Positions 40,390 to 50,301 of a stretch of DNA of 50,301 nt are shown here, piece by piece. Source of the DNA: an uncultured Candidatus Binatia bacterium (GTDB taxonomy: Bacteria > Desulfobacterota > Binatia > UBA9968 > JAJDTQ01); assembly GCA_965215605.1 (NCBI GenBank), contig CBDCDX010000001.1, positions 1 through 50,301 on the forward strand, written 5' to 3'. Position numbers and translations under genes: made by a program. The notes below the pieces were generated by a model. It was not told where the DNA came from. It saw nothing but the letters and a program-made list of their open reading frames with translations, and did no database searches. Every line of letters starts with the position of its first letter. The first letter of the stretch is position 1.

Positions 40390-41832
40390 TCAGTCCTGAA
40401 GCTTGCTCCGGAGAATCTCGTTGACCATCTGCGGATTGGCCTTGCCGCGGGTGGCTTTCATCACCTGACCCACCAGGAACCCGAAGACCTTCTCCTTGCC
40501 GGCCCGGTACTCTTCCACCTGGGCTGCGCATGCCGTCACCACTTCGTCCACCGCGGCGTCCAGCGCGCCGGTGTCGGATACCTGCTCCAGGCCCTTCTCC
40601 TTGACCACGGCATCGGGACCCTTGCCGTTCTCCAGCATCTCGGTGAAGACGGTCTTGGCGAGCTTGCCGCTGATGGTTCCCTCGTCCACCAGTTGCACCA
40701 TACGCGCCAGGTCCGTGGCCGCAATCGGCCAGTGCTCGATGCGTAGCGCGGCGTCCAGCTTGCGTTCCTTGAGCACCCGGAACAGGTCGCCCATGAGCCA
40801 GTTGGCGATGGCCTTGGGATTGGCGTGAGCCCGGACCGCGGCCTCGAAATAGTCGGCCACGTCGCGCCGCTGGGTGAGGATGCCGGCGTCGTAGGCGGGC
40901 AACGCGTACTCTTCCACAAAGCGGTTCCGGCGCTCTTGCGCCAGTTCGGGCAGGGTGGCGCGGATCTCCGAGACCCACTCCTCGCCGATCTCCAGCGGCA
41001 GCAGGTCCGGGTCGGGAAAGTAGCGGTAGTCGTGGGCATGCTCCTTGGAGCGCATGGACCGGGTGACCTCGGCGTCGGGATCCCAAAGGCGCGTCTCCTG
41101 CGCTACCGTTTGTCCCTCCGACAGTGCTTGTCCCTGGCGCCGGATCTCGTACTCCAGCGCCTTTTCCACCGCCTTGAAGGAGTTCAGGTTCTTGATCTCC
41201 ACCTTGACGCCCAGCTCGTCGTCCCCCTCGGGCCGGAGCGACACGTTGGCGTCGCAACGGAAGCTGCCTTCCTCCATGTTGCCGTCGCACACCTCGAGGT
41301 ATTCCAGGATAGACCGCAGGGTCCGGAGGTAGTCGCCGGCCTCGTCCGGGCTGCGCATGTCGGGCTCGCTCACGATCTCCATGAGCGGCACGCCCGCCCG
41401 GTTCAGGTCCACGAGGCTGTGGTCGCCGCGGGCGTCGTGGATGTTCTTGCCGGCGTCCTCTTCCATGTGGATGCGCGTCAGCCGGACCCGCTTCGCGGCG
41501 CCGTCCACGCTCACGTCCACGTGCCCGCCGGTGCACAGCGGCAGTTCGTACTGGCTGATCTGATAGCCCTTGGGCAGGTCCGGGTAGAAGTAGTTCTTGC
41601 GCGCCCAGCGACTGTGCCCGGCGATGGCGCAGTGGGTAGCCAGTCCAGTGCGTATGGTATGCTCGACTACCTTGCGGTTCAGCACCGGCAGCACCCCCGG
41701 AAAGCCCATGCACACCGGGCAGGTGTTGCGGTTCGGCGCCTCTCCGAAACGCGTGGAACAACCGCAGAAGATCTTGGATTCGGTGAGGAGTTGCGCGTGC
41801 ACCTCCAGCCCGATGACCGTTTCGTAACTCAT
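40390..41832 (-). CDS. gatB: Asp-tRNA(Asn)/Glu-tRNA(Gln) amidotransferase subunit B
   Basis: [63 protein letters not shown]. Confidence 0.98.
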   Translation of the reverse strand: MSYETVIGLEVHAQLLTESKIFCGCSTRFGEAPNRNTCPVCMGFPGVLPVLNRKVVEHTIRTGLATHCAIAGHSRWARKNYFYPDLPKGYQISQYELPLCTGGHVDVSVDGAAKRVRLTRIHMEEDAGKNIHDARGDHSLVDLNRAGVPLMEIVSEPDMRSPDEAGDYLRTLRSILEYLEVCDGNMEEGSFRCDANVSLRPEGDDELGVKVEIKNLNSFKAVEKALEYEIRRQGQALSEGQTVAQETRLWDPDAEVTRSMRSKEHAHDYRYFPDPDLLPLEIGEEWVSEIRATLPELAQERRNRFVEEYALPAYDAGILTQRRDVADYFEAAVRAHANPKAIANWLMGDLFRVLKERKLDAALRIEHWPIAATDLARMVQLVDEGTISGKLAKTVFTEMLENGKGPDAVVKEKGLEQVSDTGALDAAVDEVVTACAAQVEEYRAGKEKVFGFLVGQVMKATRGKANPQMVNEILRSKLQD

Positions 41833-42041
41833 GGTCTCGCTGGGGTAACAGATAGGTCGGAGTGCCGCAATCGAGCCGCGCCGGCGCCGGCGACGTGAAT
41901 AGTCCTGTGCGCCCTGCCGATTTCCTGTTTCCCTGGCTGTGTCGAAAATCTTCGGACAGACACCGTGCGAATCGCCCGTGGTTTGCGGGCCATGGCGCCA
42001 AGAATCTCGGTGTCAGGACTTTTCGGGCAGGGAGCTTACGA

Positions 42042-42161
42042 GTCGTCATCCCCGCAAAAGCTTGCCCTCGACCCCGATCGGGGGCGGGAATCCAGGGGTG
42101 GGAGGGCGGCGTGGTCCCCGCCTCACCCCACTCGGATTTCCCCTTCCGTGGGAATGACGAC
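42042..42161. repeat. REP/RPE-like palindromic element (GTCATCCCCGC...GGGAATCC / GGATTTCCC...GGGAATGAC) with a nested 24-bp insert
   Basis: Terminal inverted GTCGTCATCCCC / GGGAATGACGAC; insert CTTGCCCTCGACCCCGATCGGGGG at 42061-42084. Confidence 0.75.
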
Positions 42162-42276
42162 GACAAGAACCAAGGGTCGAAGGCCGGGATCATTCTTGAC
42201 GGCATTTGCAGTTTGCTGTTACGGGTCTCACAGTCATTTCTGCCGCCTAGGGGCTTCGCCCCGGCAAGGAGGAAAC

Positions 42277-43431
42277 ATGGCCAATCTCGCGGGCAAGTAC
42301 GCCATCGCCGGCGTGGGAGAAACGCAGGTGGGCAAGCGGCCGGACGGCACCACGCACTCGCTGCACCTGGAGGCCATCCGCGCGTGCCTGGACGACGCCG
42401 GCATCCGCGGCGACGCGGTGGACGGGTTTCTCACCAACCAGCCACTGAACGACGCGCATCGGAGCTACGCCGTGCGGTTGGCGCACATGGCCGGCATCAC
42501 CCCGGTGTACGCCACCGACCTGGCCCTGGGCGGCGCCACACCCATCGCCATGGTGCAGCACGCCGTCATGGCCATCGACGCGGGCATGTGCAGCACGGTG
42601 CTGTGCGTGCACGCGCGCAAACGTTCCACCGGCGACGCCACCCCCGGATACCCCATCCGCCGAGGCGACGAGCACTGGGAGCGGCCCTGGGGCCACTTCG
42701 CCGCCGCCGCCGGCCACGCCTTGGCGGCCCAGCGCCACATGTACGAATTCGGTACCCGCAGCGAAGACCTGGCGGAGGTCGCGATATCCACCCGCCGGCA
42801 CGCATCGCTCAATGCCAACGCCACCATGCGCAAGCCCATCACCCTGGAGGACCACCAGCAGTCGCGCATGATCGTTGAACCGCTCCATCTGCTGGACTGC
42901 TCGCTGGAGTCAGACGGCGGTGGCGCCGTGCTGGTGACGAGCCTGGAGCGCGCCAGGGACTTCCCCAAGCCTCCGGTGGTGATCCTCGGCATGGGGCAGC
43001 ACCACCCCCACTTCAGCCTGCTGGACGCCCCCACCCTCACCACCCTGGGCGGGCGCAAGTCCTCGCGCATGGCCTACGACATGGCCGGCCTGGAGCCCAA
43101 AGACATGGACTTCGCCGAGCTCTATGACTGCTTCACCATCACCGCCATGATCACTCTGGAAGACTACGGCTTCTGCGAAAAGGGCGAGGGCAAGGACTTC
43201 GTCAAGAACGGCCGCATCGGCATCGGCGGCGAAATCCCCCTCAACACCCACGGCGGCCTCCTCTCCCAGGCCCACCTCGAAGGCATGCTGCACCTCACCG
43301 AAGGCGCCCGCCAACTCCGCCGCAACGAAGTCGAGCCCGAACGCCAGGTCCCCGACGCCAAGGTTGGCATCATCAGCGGCCACGGCGGCAGCTTGGCCAT
43401 GCATGCGACGCTGATCCTGGGTACGGCGTGA
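42277..43431 (+). CDS. Thiolase-family (SCP-x-like/lipid-transfer) protein
   Basis: AIAGVGET, HASLNANA, DCSLESDGGGA, ELYDCFT, LEDYGFC, NTHGGLLS; RBS AAGGAGG. Confidence 0.92.
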   Translation: MANLAGKYAIAGVGETQVGKRPDGTTHSLHLEAIRACLDDAGIRGDAVDGFLTNQPLNDAHRSYAVRLAHMAGITPVYATDLALGGATPIAMVQHAVMAIDAGMCSTVLCVHARKRSTGDATPGYPIRRGDEHWERPWGHFAAAAGHALAAQRHMYEFGTRSEDLAEVAISTRRHASLNANATMRKPITLEDHQQSRMIVEPLHLLDCSLESDGGGAVLVTSLERARDFPKPPVVILGMGQHHPHFSLLDAPTLTTLGGRKSSRMAYDMAGLEPKDMDFAELYDCFTITAMITLEDYGFCEKGEGKDFVKNGRIGIGGEIPLNTHGGLLSQAHLEGMLHLTEGARQLRRNEVEPERQVPDAKVGIISGHGGSLAMHATLILGTA

Positions 43432-43748
43432 TGGGGTATGGAGGCACCGAGAAGATTCAGCACGTTGAAGCCCCGAGATGGCAAGTTCACCGGAGGTACG
43501 GAGTATCGTAGCACTCTAGGGTGTTCGGTGTTCTGGCGGCACTTGTTGCAACAGTCTGTTAGGCTTCCTCGCCCTCTTCATCGTCTATCGATTTCCTAGC
43601 GACTGTTTATCTCGTCCCCACGCATATTGAAGGCCAACGTACGATATAAATTCCGCCGCCGCGGTGGGAGTGGACCCTTTGCCGTACCTGATTATTCGGG
43701 CAAACATCTTCCTGCGAGGGAAGCCGACTTGGAAAGGCCCCGCGTCCT

Positions 43749-46700
43749 ATGGCACTGGACTACGAAAAGATACGTCAAGACCATGAGCGGTCCTACGGTA
43801 CCCGTGTGCCCGAATACGGGAAGAGATTCTTCGAGGACATGTACGCCGACAGGACGCATTTTATCTTCGAACTACTTCAGAATGCGGAGGACGCAGTCCG
43901 TAGACGCGGCTGTGACTGGGACGGTCCGCGAGCGGTGTCGTTTCGATTGTCGGCCGGCCAGCTGCGCGTTGGGCATTTCGGCGACCCGTTCAACGAACGG
44001 GACGTTCGCAGCATCTGCAGCATAGATGACTCGACAAAAAAAGAAAGCCTCACCGAGATCGGGCGATTCGGCATCGGTTTTAAATCCGTATATTCTTTCA
44101 CCAATCGGCCAGAAGTCCATTCCGGCCCGGAAAATTTCGCCATCAACCACTACGTATGGCCAACCGGGATAGAGCCGCTTCGAGACAAATCGCCTGACGA
44201 GACGGTGTTTGTACTCCCGTTCCGGGCCGATGTGCCAAGCGCAAACGCCGAGATCAACGACGCTCTGAGGAACATCGGGATTCAGACGCTGCTGTTCCTA
44301 AGACAGATCGACGAGATTACGTGGGAAAGCGAAGATGGAGGTTCGGGACATTACGTCCGGGAAACCGAATCTGTCGATGAAGGAGTGCTGCGTACGACCG
44401 TCGTCTCACAGGTGGATGGTGAGGACAATATTGGTGAGCAGAGGTGGCTGGTGTTTCACTCGCGGATCGCCGAAGGGGACACCTTTCCTGCTGCCAGAGT
44501 TGAAATAGCCTTTCTCACAAACCCGGAGAACCAACGGTTTCAGCGACTCGACGATCCGACACTGTTCGCATACTTTCCCACCGAGCGCGAAACGCACTGC
44601 GGTTTTCTCGTGAATGGACCATACCGTACGACTTTGAACCGGGAGAACGTGCCCGACCACGATGAGTGGAACCGGCGGTTGGTGGCCGGAACGGCCTCCT
44701 TGCTCATCGATGGCCTCCGGTGGCTCAGGAACAAGGACCGACTGGACGCAAGCGTTCTTCGTTGCCTGCCACTTAGGTCCATGACTGCCCGCTCGGCATA
44801 CACGAGCGGAAACCTCCTTGATCCTCTCTACGAGGAAACCAAAAGGGCACTTTCCTTGGAGCCGTTGCTGCCGCGGCTCGGCGACGGCTACATCGCGGCT
44901 CAACGAGCGCGCATAGGCCGGACCGACGCGCTTCGCTCTCTTTTTTCCCGCGATCAGCTTTCAGCCATTTATGGCAGTGAAGAGGAGCTGGCATGGCTGA
45001 ACCCTGGAATCTCTCAGGAATCCGATCTCTTCGAGTATGTCACGAATGACCTGAAAGTGGAGGAGATTCGCCCGGAGTCAGTTGTCCGTAGACTCAGCCA
45101 AGCATTTCTTGAAGCTCAGAGCGACGACTGGATTCAGTCGCTCTACGAGTTTCTCGGTAACCAACCGGTTTTAGCGAGGGAAACCAAAACCATACCTGTT
45201 GTACGTCTACGCGACGGAACCCATGTCCCGGCCATGCTGGATGGGAGATCCAAAGCATATCTGCCAACGTCACACAAAACCGATTTTCCAACCGTGGCCC
45301 AATCGGTTTGTCGAACTGCCGACGCCCTCCGATTCCTACGCCTCGTCGGATTAAACGAGCCAGATGCTGTAGACGACGTGTTGTGGAATCTGATTCCGAA
45401 GTATGCGGCGGGCAGTGCAGACGTCGACAGTGATGAATACGCGTCTGATATCCGACGCATGCTGCGGGCCTTTGAATCGAGCACGGGTGCACAGAAACGG
45501 AAACTGATCGATGCGCTCAGTGAGACAGCATTCGTGAGGAGGGTTGACACCGCGAGCCCTCCAACAAGGGCATGGGGTCAGCCTTGCACCGCATACCTTG
45601 CTACAGAGGAATTGACCAATTTGTTTGATGGGGTTCCGGAGATCTGGTTTGTGGATCGCACATACGACTGCTTATCGGGTGAGAATGTTGACCAACTCTT
45701 GGAGGCATGCGGCTGTGCAAGGAGACTGAGGGCGGTACAGTTTAAGAATCCCTCCAGGTTCAGTGACAATGAACGCAAGGAGATGCGATTAGCTACCCGA
45801 GGCAAAGACCGATGCACCGGCCAAGAGAGCGTCCTGGACAGGCGAATATCTGGTCTGGAACCACTGCTGAACAGCCTGCCACAGCTAGCCCCAGATAGTC
45901 GCTCGCAAAAGGCCGAGTCGCTTTGGAGAGCCGTCGCCAAAGTATGTGAGTCGGCTTTCTCCGGCGAATACAAATGGTTTTATTACAACGACCAGTACTG
46001 CGCCTTTGACGCAGAGTTTGTCAAACTTCTCAACGAGACCGCGTGGGTGCCTACTCCAGATGGCGAGTTCATGAAGCCGTCGTCGGTAATCTTTGATGAC
46101 CTACGCTGGGAGGAGAGCACATTCTTGCAATCGAAGGTGCTGTTCAAGCCGTCGACGACCAGACGGCTCGCTGCGGAAGCAGGGTTCGAGCCCGAGTTGC
46201 TGGATCTGCTAAAGAGAAGGGGAATCACCACAAAGGCCGAATGGCTTGAGACGATAGGAGACGATTCCGAGCGAGACCAGACCTCGGAAACCCCGTTGGC
46301 GGCGACCCAGGCGGATTCGACCAACGAGTCACCCTTTGATGGAGACACGACTGCGGTTCACGCGACCTGTCCAGAGAATGGGGATTCGATTAGAGGCGAG
46401 CCTGAGCAGGACACGGCAAATCAAGACTCGCTCGAGGTACCGTTCGCGGCGCAGCTATACGAGATGCAGACCGTCACACCACCCGCCGCTCCAGATAATC
46501 CTGCCGTACTTCCGGCGGGCGGACCTGGGACTGAACATTCGGCAAGAACTTATACGAGGAGGTCCGTGCTGCGGAGTCGCACCGAACCAGACGTCCTTAG
46601 AACTGTGACGACATCGGAGTTGGGACCAGACGGCAGGGCGCTCTCCGATGAGTTCCGGGACATGGTGGAGGGAGACTATGGAAAGCGTTGCCAGATCTGT

Positions 46701-47114
46701 AGCAAGACGTTTGTAAGAAGCGGTGGCGGATGGCAGGTGAACGTGGTCCACGTCGTCCCACTGCGCGCGGATCGCCGGGCCAATCACTTCGGGGACCTGC
46801 TGGGACTGTGTGGATGGCACTTCAACCTGTTGCAATACGGCGAATGGAGCTTGTTGGATTCGGAGACCAATCGACCCTTTGAGGAATTCGACGGGTGGTT
46901 ACGTGGTTGGGAACGCATGCGGTTGTTCATCATGAGCAGAACTCCGGATACAGACGACCTAGGCAATCCCTTCGTTGGTGTGCCGGTCCGGTTCTCTAAC
47001 GTTTACCAAAACTGGGAATCTGGTCCGACCACGGTAGAAGAGAAGATTCGCTATAGCATTCCACACTGGAGCTTCCTCTGTGAACTCATAAGGGCTACAG
47101 GAAATGCGCAATGA
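43749..47114 (+). CDS. Sacsin/NOV-like GHKL ATPase with C-terminal HNH-like nuclease module
   Basis: FELLQNAEDA, HFGDPF, IGRFGIGFKSV (Bergerat motifs); YFPT...FLVNGPY S5-like region; C-terminal CQIC...HVVP...LLGLCGWH. Confidence 0.85.
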   Translation: MALDYEKIRQDHERSYGTRVPEYGKRFFEDMYADRTHFIFELLQNAEDAVRRRGCDWDGPRAVSFRLSAGQLRVGHFGDPFNERDVRSICSIDDSTKKESLTEIGRFGIGFKSVYSFTNRPEVHSGPENFAINHYVWPTGIEPLRDKSPDETVFVLPFRADVPSANAEINDALRNIGIQTLLFLRQIDEITWESEDGGSGHYVRETESVDEGVLRTTVVSQVDGEDNIGEQRWLVFHSRIAEGDTFPAARVEIAFLTNPENQRFQRLDDPTLFAYFPTERETHCGFLVNGPYRTTLNRENVPDHDEWNRRLVAGTASLLIDGLRWLRNKDRLDASVLRCLPLRSMTARSAYTSGNLLDPLYEETKRALSLEPLLPRLGDGYIAAQRARIGRTDALRSLFSRDQLSAIYGSEEELAWLNPGISQESDLFEYVTNDLKVEEIRPESVVRRLSQAFLEAQSDDWIQSLYEFLGNQPVLARETKTIPVVRLRDGTHVPAMLDGRSKAYLPTSHKTDFPTVAQSVCRTADALRFLRLVGLNEPDAVDDVLWNLIPKYAAGSADVDSDEYASDIRRMLRAFESSTGAQKRKLIDALSETAFVRRVDTASPPTRAWGQPCTAYLATEELTNLFDGVPEIWFVDRTYDCLSGENVDQLLEACGCARRLRAVQFKNPSRFSDNERKEMRLATRGKDRCTGQESVLDRRISGLEPLLNSLPQLAPDSRSQKAESLWRAVAKVCESAFSGEYKWFYYNDQYCAFDAEFVKLLNETAWVPTPDGEFMKPSSVIFDDLRWEESTFLQSKVLFKPSTTRRLAAEAGFEPELLDLLKRRGITTKAEWLETIGDDSERDQTSETPLAATQADSTNESPFDGDTTAVHATCPENGDSIRGEPEQDTANQDSLEVPFAAQLYEMQTVTPPAAPDNPAVLPAGGPGTEHSARTYTRRSVLRSRTEPDVLRTVTTSELGPDGRALSDEFRDMVEGDYGKRCQICSKTFVRSGGGWQVNVVHVVPLRADRRANHFGDLLGLCGWHFNLLQYGEWSLLDSETNRPFEEFDGWLRGWERMRLFIMSRTPDTDDLGNPFVGVPVRFSNVYQNWESGPTTVEEKIRYSIPHWSFLCELIRATGNAQ

Positions 47115-50107
47115 CCACGGTGCATCCAAAAATGAAGGTCAGGTACAAGGCTGATCCCTCAACGGCCGGGTGGGTTATAACCACTTCCGGTGACACAGCT
47201 ACCGTCTTCATCGACAGGTCCGTCAAGCTTGTCCCGATTTCGGAGCTGGAAGCGGTTCCAAGCATCACGGAGTTGAGTCCCGAAGAGTTCCGAGTCGTTC
47301 TGACACAGCGCAGGCTGGAGCATCCGGCCACCGACCAGTTCCTGTCGTACATGGCATCGCGGACGAAGCTTCTGTACCACCAGTTTCTGCCGGTGAAAAA
47401 GATGCTGGAATCGCCCGATCAGCGTCTTCTGATCGCAGACGAGGTTGGCACCGGCAAGACGATTGAAGCAGGCCTTATCTGGGCTGAATTGGAGTCCCGG
47501 GCAACGCATGGTCTGGAGAACGTGTGGATAGTCTGCCCCAAGTCTCTGGTCAGCAAGTGGCAGGAAGAGATGCTTCAGCGATTCGACCTCCGTCTCGAAG
47601 TGCTTTCCTCCGCGACCATACGACAGGTTTTGGTATCCCTGGACCGGGACGGGGTCCTGCCTCCCAGGTTTGCGAGGTCGATAGTTAACCTGGAGTTGAT
47701 TCGTATGGAGGACCACGTGGTTCGCCTAGGACAATCGCCAGTGGCGTGGGACCTAGCCATTTTCGACGAGGCTCATCACCTTCGCAGTACAGACACGCTA
47801 TCCCACTCGATAGCTCAACTCATCTGCGAGCGATCGAGGGCGGCAATCTTTTTAACCGCCACACCGTTTCAAACACATCTTCAGGACATCGTCCACCTGA
47901 TGGAGGCCCTAGGGGTGGATGTGGCCGAGGATCCGGCACTGCTGGAGGAGCATCTACATTGGGACATGCAACTGAACGGCTGGATCAGCCTCACCAAGCG
48001 ACGGCCTCCTGGGTGGATGAGGGAGGTTGAACACTTAATCCAACGGTTGGAAGAGTCTGGAGGCCGCTCCCGGCCCGGATGGCAACGATTCCGGCGACTC
48101 GTGGCGGAGTCGGACCTTTTCGACAGAAGGCAGCGCACGGTTGTTGTCGACTCGGCCCGCGATCTTCAGGTGCTGAGCCCGTATATGACACGGACACTCC
48201 GATCAGAAATCGATGAGCACCGGCCCACCAGAGAGGCGGCGACGAGGATTCTGACGTTCACCCCGGAGGAGACGGCATTCTACGAAGCAGTGTACAGTAT
48301 CTGCATGGAGCGCGCGCTGGCGCAAGGGATACCGCCGGGTTTCGCGACTCAGATGCCGGAGCGGCGGACGGCGAGCTGCGTTCCCGCGGTGGCGTCGGAG
48401 ATATTGAGGTATGCAACCGAGGACGAGGAAGAGGAGGATCAGAGTTGCTTCACCCGCACTGAAGTCAGCGCACTGGAACCTCTGGCGCGGGAAGCTCTGG
48501 TGTCCCGGGATCGGAAACTAGAGGGCCTCTTCGAGATGCTCACGCAAGCCTTCGATGAACTCAAGACCGATCGGATCATAATTTTCTCGACCTTCAGGGG
48601 CACTCTTCGCTACTTGGCGGAGAAGCTCAGAGGGAGGGGCTACTCGCTGGAGCTGATGTACGGTCCGACTCCAGCCAGAGACGAGGAGTGTCGAGGCGGG
48701 GAAAAGAGCAGGGAGCGAATTGCTGCCGAGTTCAGGAGCGGAGATTTCCAGATTCTTCTTGCCAGCGAAGTTGCTGGGGAGGGGTTGGACTTTGAGCACT
48801 GCCACATCCTCATAAACTACGACCTCCCCTGGAATCCGATGCGTGTAGAGCAGCGGATCGGGAGGTGCGACCGGATTGGCCAGACCTCTGACAAGGTATA
48901 CATCCGCAATCTCGCGAGTGATGGGACGATCGAGGCGCGAATCCTCTCTAGGCTTTATGAAAGGCTTGGCATCTTCGAACGCGCACTGGGGGAACTGGAG
49001 GTTGTACTTGGAGAGACCATCGCCTCCTTTGAACGAGACCTGTTCAAGCGGGGTTTGACACCCCAGGAGCAAGAGGAACGACTTGAACAGGCCGCTCAGG
49101 CGATAGAAAACAACGAACGGAACCGGGAGTTGATAGGCCGCGCTAGCGTCATCTCCGAGCAGGGACGCCACCTGATCGAATCCGAACAACAGGAGATCAG
49201 GGAATCAGAATCCAGATTCCTGTCAGCCGTTGAGTTAGCCGAGTTTGTCCTGACCATTGTCGGTCGTCATCTGCCGAACAGCATAAGGACAACAGCCGTT
49301 GACGGCCAGTTCGAGTTGGTCGGGAATCAGGACTTCCGCGACTCCCTCCAGCGGCTGCTGAGGTCATATCCGGCAACTCATCACGCACGTGTAGAGATCG
49401 TACGATTTCGCAATCGCATGGACGAGAACGGGAGGCTTACGTTCTCGTTTGTTGAAAAGGGTGATCGAGCGGAGTTCGTCCATGCTCGACATCCGTTGAT
49501 GTTGCTGGCGAGACATCTCGAGAGGGGTCCGCTGTCCGATACGCCTTGGTGTTCCGGCGTTGTGCCGTCCCACATGCTGGACAGGCCCACGATGCTGGTA
49601 TGGGCGGTCGGCTCGCTGGATGGCTATGTGAGGAAGGCGGAACTGATGTGCGCCGCTGTCGATTTCGCTACGGGGGAAGTCAGTGCGCTTCCGGTTGAAC
49701 GTGCTCAGAAGCTGCTTCACGCTACTTCCGCACGCACTGATGGACTCTCGAGCGACGACTTCGACGCGGAGGCCCTCAAGGCACGGGCGGAGCAGACCTT
49801 GCTGTCGGAGTTCAACGGAATCGCCACCGCATTCGCGGCGCGCGACGGCCTCCTGACCGAGAAGGCGAAGAGCGCCGTTCGCTCCCACGCCGAACGCCAA
49901 CTTAGCCGGAACGAGCGACAGTTGTTGAGAGACGACCTCAACGCGAATCTGAGGAACATGTACCGCGGCTGGAATCGCAGAATCCAGGACGAGACCGAAT
50001 CTAAACTGGCCGAGATTGAACGTAGAAGTGGGATACGGTCGTCCCTTGAGACAATTGGAATCGCTGTACTGAAACCTGATATGGGTACTGAATCAGTTCG
50101 GGATTGA
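47111..50107 (+). CDS. SNF2/RapA-like SF2 helicase
   Basis: LIADEVGTGKT, IFDEAHH, FLTATP, IIIFS, SEVAGEGLDF, NYDLPWNPMRVEQRIGRCDRIGQ; ATGA overlap with the upstream gene. Confidence 0.95.
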   Translation: MTTVHPKMKVRYKADPSTAGWVITTSGDTATVFIDRSVKLVPISELEAVPSITELSPEEFRVVLTQRRLEHPATDQFLSYMASRTKLLYHQFLPVKKMLESPDQRLLIADEVGTGKTIEAGLIWAELESRATHGLENVWIVCPKSLVSKWQEEMLQRFDLRLEVLSSATIRQVLVSLDRDGVLPPRFARSIVNLELIRMEDHVVRLGQSPVAWDLAIFDEAHHLRSTDTLSHSIAQLICERSRAAIFLTATPFQTHLQDIVHLMEALGVDVAEDPALLEEHLHWDMQLNGWISLTKRRPPGWMREVEHLIQRLEESGGRSRPGWQRFRRLVAESDLFDRRQRTVVVDSARDLQVLSPYMTRTLRSEIDEHRPTREAATRILTFTPEETAFYEAVYSICMERALAQGIPPGFATQMPERRTASCVPAVASEILRYATEDEEEEDQSCFTRTEVSALEPLAREALVSRDRKLEGLFEMLTQAFDELKTDRIIIFSTFRGTLRYLAEKLRGRGYSLELMYGPTPARDEECRGGEKSRERIAAEFRSGDFQILLASEVAGEGLDFEHCHILINYDLPWNPMRVEQRIGRCDRIGQTSDKVYIRNLASDGTIEARILSRLYERLGIFERALGELEVVLGETIASFERDLFKRGLTPQEQEERLEQAAQAIENNERNRELIGRASVISEQGRHLIESEQQEIRESESRFLSAVELAEFVLTIVGRHLPNSIRTTAVDGQFELVGNQDFRDSLQRLLRSYPATHHARVEIVRFRNRMDENGRLTFSFVEKGDRAEFVHARHPLMLLARHLERGPLSDTPWCSGVVPSHMLDRPTMLVWAVGSLDGYVRKAELMCAAVDFATGEVSALPVERAQKLLHATSARTDGLSSDDFDAEALKARAEQTLLSEFNGIATAFAARDGLLTEKAKSAVRSHAERQLSRNERQLLRDDLNANLRNMYRGWNRRIQDETESKLAEIERRSGIRSSLETIGIAVLKPDMGTESVRD

Positions 50108-50138
50108 AATCAGAAGAAGCTGGGGTGCTTTCATGATC

Positions 50139-50300
50139 CTACTCTTCAGCGGGGTCACGCTCAGCCTCCCACAGCGCAATCTGAGTAGAAGGGCTTGTCA
50201 GTGCACGAGAGAATATGTTCCGAAGGGCGTCTTTGATGTGTCGTTTGGTCACCGCCCGTACACCGGCCTTGATGAGCGATATCGAGCCGCGACACACTGG
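50139..50300 (-). CDS. Possible 3' end of a convergent gene running off the window
   Basis: Open frame PVCRGSISLIKAGVRAVTKRHIKDALRNIFSRALTSPSTQIALWEAERDPAEE-TAG; no family recognised. Confidence 0.35.
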   Translation of the reverse strand, partial: PVCRGSISLIKAGVRAVTKRHIKDALRNIFSRALTSPSTQIALWEAERDPAEE

Positions 50301-50301
50301 A

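Larger units (their letters stand above)
43432..50301. other. Lower-GC, probably horizontally acquired island extending beyond the window
   Basis: Abrupt composition shift after the thiolase stop (hand counts: 49/60 GC at 42661-42720 vs 31/60 at 45661-45720); many A/T-ending codons. Confidence 0.8.

Noticed and set aside
47111-50107. Calling the helicase rapA, DISARM drmD or Zorya zorD
   Set aside because: Only generic SNF2 motifs are supported; drmABC/methylase and zorABC are not in the window, and the foreign composition argues against housekeeping rapA

Overview
High-GC bacterial chromosomal segment. Gene content (cupins, amidohydrolase, hydantoinases, orphan solute-binding proteins, a Calx-beta remnant) resembles Deltaproteobacteria/Binatota-type genomes, but this is inference only. 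Housekeeping genes (nfo, tRNA-Val(CAC), hsp20, hflK/hflC, secA, argJ, gatB) are interspersed with catabolic and transport genes. Highlights: (1) a lower-GC island from ~43.44 kb to the window end carries a translationally coupled pair, a sacsin/MORC-like GHKL ATPase with a C-terminal HNH-like module and a RapA/SNF2-type helicase, which is a candidate anti-phage system; (2) an 88-aa AhpD/CMD-like selenoprotein (CxxU) missed by the ORF track, with a SECIS-like hairpin 11 nt after the UGA; (3) two intermixed MITE families whose ends share CTAG-N5-TGTC, often sitting on TAG stop codons, including a chimeric copy and an inverted pair bracketing two transporter genes; (4) SecA with a ~280-aa helical insertion in the variable region; (5) two interrupted genes (one frameshift, one in-frame TGA) and several small tandem or palindromic elements. 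No CRISPR array, rRNA, intact transposase or integrase was seen. All product calls come from motif recognition by eye; no database searches were run.
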